Virus record (IMG/VR): IMGVR_UViG_3300005337_000001
Coordinates: 64,001 to 128,000 of that record
Source: a virus
Direction: 5' to 3' (one strand)
Length of the DNA stretch: 64,000 nucleotides
In this document: piece by piece, positions 61,917 through 64,000 of the stretch
Layout: the number at the start of each line of letters is the position of its first letter
How positions within the stretch are numbered: position 1 is the stretch's first letter
The notes under the pieces: generated by a model
What the model saw: only the letters and a program-made list of their open reading frames with translations
What the model was told of the DNA's origin: nothing
Database searches by the model: none
Position numbers and translations under genes: made by a program

Positions 61917-63332
61917 TTACGTGCCAGAGCCGGCGACACCGCCGACGGGGGGAGCTGTATAGGTGCCCATGCCACCCATCGACTCCTTTTTCTTGTCCTT
62001 GACGTCTTTGTCTTTCGCCGCCGCTTCAGCCATCTTTTCCAAGACGGCACGAGCAGCTGCGCTCCTGGTCGACGCCGAGATCTTCACCCCGGCTTGACCG
62101 GTGTGGACCAGGGTCTTCTGCAGCACGTTGTCGTGCGCAGCGGAGAGTGCGGGCTCGGAGAGCACCGCCTTGAGTTGCGGCTTCACCTGGGCCTTGGCGT
62201 CGCCCTTGGTGTAGTTGCGCGCGGCGTCGTTCGACGCGATGAGCCCGGTCGGGCCCTGGGGCTTGCCGCCCGCCGGCGCGCCGCCGTCTTCACCCGAAGC
62301 CGACGTGTCGGGCGGCACCGCAGCGCCGGCCGAAATCTTCGCGGGGTTGATGGCGTCCTCGGCGGTCTTCTCCACCGACGCACCCGCCTGCTTCACCGCG
62401 CCGAGCATGTAGTCGACCAAGCGAGGGTCGACAGCCGGCGTGGCTGCGGAAGCTTCCTTCGCGACAGCGACCGGCGCGATGACCTTCTCCGAGGCCTCCT
62501 TGCGCAGGAGCGCGATGGGCGCGGTGTACTGCGGTTGAGCCGCAGAGACCTTCTGCTTGCCGGCCACCGGCTTGTTGGTCTCGAGCGCCGTCGCCGGACC
62601 AGCAGGCTGATTGCCAGGATTCACCGTGCCGGTGCTCTTCGGCACTTGATGAGCCGGCGTCGCCGCACCCTGCTGACCAGGCGCGACGGTGTTCTTACCG
62701 CCAGGGCTCTCGAGCACCTTCAGCGGGTTCGGGCCGGTACCGGGGCCGATCTCGGCTGCGGTCTTCGCCGCCGCTGCCTCGACCTCTTCATCGATGAACG
62801 AGTTGCCGAGCACGTACTCGACAGCGGTCGCGAGCTTCTCGACGTAGTCGGTGGGGATGGAATCGACTTCGCTGTTGCGGCCGGCGGACGCCGTCTTTTC
62901 GACGGTTGCGGCCGGTGCGTCACCTTGCGAAGCAAGCTGACGAGCTGCTTCGAGCGTGACGGCGGTATGGTCGGCAGCACCAGCTGCAGCGGCCTTTACC
63001 ATTTCGTGAATCGTGAATCGGGGAGTGGCTGCGGGCATTGAAACCTCACTGTGCGCAATCTTCGGAGGGAGAAAACCTTGTTGGTCGGGAGTGGCGCTCT
63101 TCTGCGCCGACGAGCCCGCGTCGGAATTGATCGGCGACCCATTGTTGACGCGCGAGTAGTTGGTTCGCGGTGCCATCCCCTTCGGACCGGTCTGCCCTGG
63201 TGCGGGCTTGTTGCCGACGGCGAGGCCAGGAATGGGAGCAGACGAAGCCGTGTCCACCGACGAGTCGGGGAATGGCACCGATGTAGCTTCCGCTACCTTC
63301 GCTGCTGGCTGTCGTTGCTCCCATACCTTCAT
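61917..63332 (-). CDS. Putative prohead core/scaffold protein
   Basis: More than 10 K-x-A motifs separated by Pro/Gly-rich linkers; second in-frame start at 63038. Confidence 0.6.
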   Translation of the reverse strand: MKVWEQRQPAAKVAEATSVPFPDSSVDTASSAPIPGLAVGNKPAPGQTGPKGMAPRTNYSRVNNGSPINSDAGSSAQKSATPDQQGFLPPKIAHSEVSMPAATPRFTIHEMVKAAAAGAADHTAVTLEAARQLASQGDAPAATVEKTASAGRNSEVDSIPTDYVEKLATAVEYVLGNSFIDEEVEAAAAKTAAEIGPGTGPNPLKVLESPGGKNTVAPGQQGAATPAHQVPKSTGTVNPGNQPAGPATALETNKPVAGKQKVSAAQPQYTAPIALLRKEASEKVIAPVAVAKEASAATPAVDPRLVDYMLGAVKQAGASVEKTAEDAINPAKISAGAAVPPDTSASGEDGGAPAGGKPQGPTGLIASNDAARNYTKGDAKAQVKPQLKAVLSEPALSAAHDNVLQKTLVHTGQAGVKISASTRSAAARAVLEKMAEAAAKDKDVKDKKKESMGGMGTYTAPPVGGVAGSGT

Positions 63333-63354
63333 CTCACAGGTTGCTGATCTGAGT

Positions 63355-64000
63355 TTACGCCGAGGGCCAGGTCACCTGGAAGCCAGCGGCTTCGCAGATC
63401 TCCAACGCGCGCACGTGCAGACCAGTCTGCAGGTCCGGCGCCGACGCGATCTTCGTGCTCTCGCTGAGGCCGAGCACGTAGGCAGCGTTCACCTTGTTGT
63501 AGGCGATGTCCGGGCTCACGCCCGCTTCTTTGAGCAGCTCGATGGCGTGCCACGCCGCCTGCTCATCGAAGTTCGGCGTCGTGGTTCCCGACGCGGCTGC
63601 TGAAGCGGTCTTCGCCGTCTGGAACGCGGTAACGAGAGCGGAGATCTTGGCGGAGGCAGAAGCTTCCTTCTCCTCGCCTTCCTTCTTCTCCTTACCCTCT
63701 TTGCCGTCCTTGCCTTCGCCATCCTTCTTACCGAACGGAGGAGCCATGTCGCCCTTCTCGGCGATCTTGTTGAGCTCGGCAACGAACGAGTGCGCCATGA
63801 TGCGACCCATCGCGTCGGCTTCGGCGACCTTCTCGGCAGCGGCCCTCTTCTGGAGGAACTCGGACTCGGCAGCAGCCAGCTTCGCAGCGGCAGCTTCCTT
63901 CTCCTTTTCCTTCTCTTCTTTCTCCTTGCCCTCTTTGCCTTCAGGCTTCTTGCCTTCGCCTTCGCCGTCCTTCTTGCCGAAGTTCGGTGGGAACTCGGCC
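63355..64000 (-). CDS. Putative scaffold protein, partial (5' end beyond window)
   Basis: Frame open to window edge; EKVAEADAMGRIMAHSFVAELNKIAE; duplicated PPxFGKKDGEG charged block. Confidence 0.65.
   Translation of the reverse strand, partial: AEFPPNFGKKDGEGEGKKPEGKEGKEKEEKEKEKEAAAAKLAAAESEFLQKRAAAEKVAEADAMGRIMAHSFVAELNKIAEKGDMAPPFGKKDGEGKDGKEGKEKKEGEEKEASASAKISALVTAFQTAKTASAAASGTTTPNFDEQAAWHAIELLKEAGVSPDIAYNKVNAAYVLGLSESTKIASAPDLQTGLHVRALEICEAAGFQVTWPSA

Noticed and set aside
1-64000. CRISPR array, tRNA or rRNA genes
   Set aside because: No regularly spaced 25-45-nt repeats and no T-loop/acceptor-stem patterns found by eye; a tRNAscan run would be needed to exclude them fully
1-64000. 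Stop-codon reassignment
   Set aside because: Recognisable genes are intact under code 11 and TAA, TAG and TGA all terminate coupled genes

Overview
64 kb segment of a high-GC, large contractile-tailed (myovirus-type) phage genome, mostly encoded on the minus strand and read with the standard genetic code. It contains the head module (major capsid protein, decoration, scaffold/core-like proteins, neck), the tail module (sheath, tube, terminator, a G/GT-type assembly chaperone with a -1 slippery site, tape measure, baseplate) and nucleotide/replication genes (RNase HII, ThyX, dNMP kinase). It also carries a group-3-like sigma factor, GroES, a GNAT, a DNA methyltransferase, a histone H1-like protein, a CHAP/NlpC-like hydrolase and many small Zn-binding hypotheticals. 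The best candidate for an undescribed system has three linked parts. (1) A recurrent (D/E)-L-x-K-x-A / K-x-A motif marks the capsid protein, scaffold-like proteins and a set of enzyme 'cargo' proteins (zinc peptidase, pyrophosphatase domain), and it also appears at the N-terminus of the sigma factor, which suggests a virion-packaged, injected sigma. (2) A non-canonical bipartite promoter, GCAAAA-N17-ATAAGA, occurs 5 times, always ahead of non-structural gene clusters, whereas structural genes have TANNNT, often leaderless, promoters. (3) A ~150-nt multi-helix RNA with two CUUCGG tetraloops starts at the predicted start site of one of those promoters. All family assignments come from motif recognition by eye; no database searches were run.
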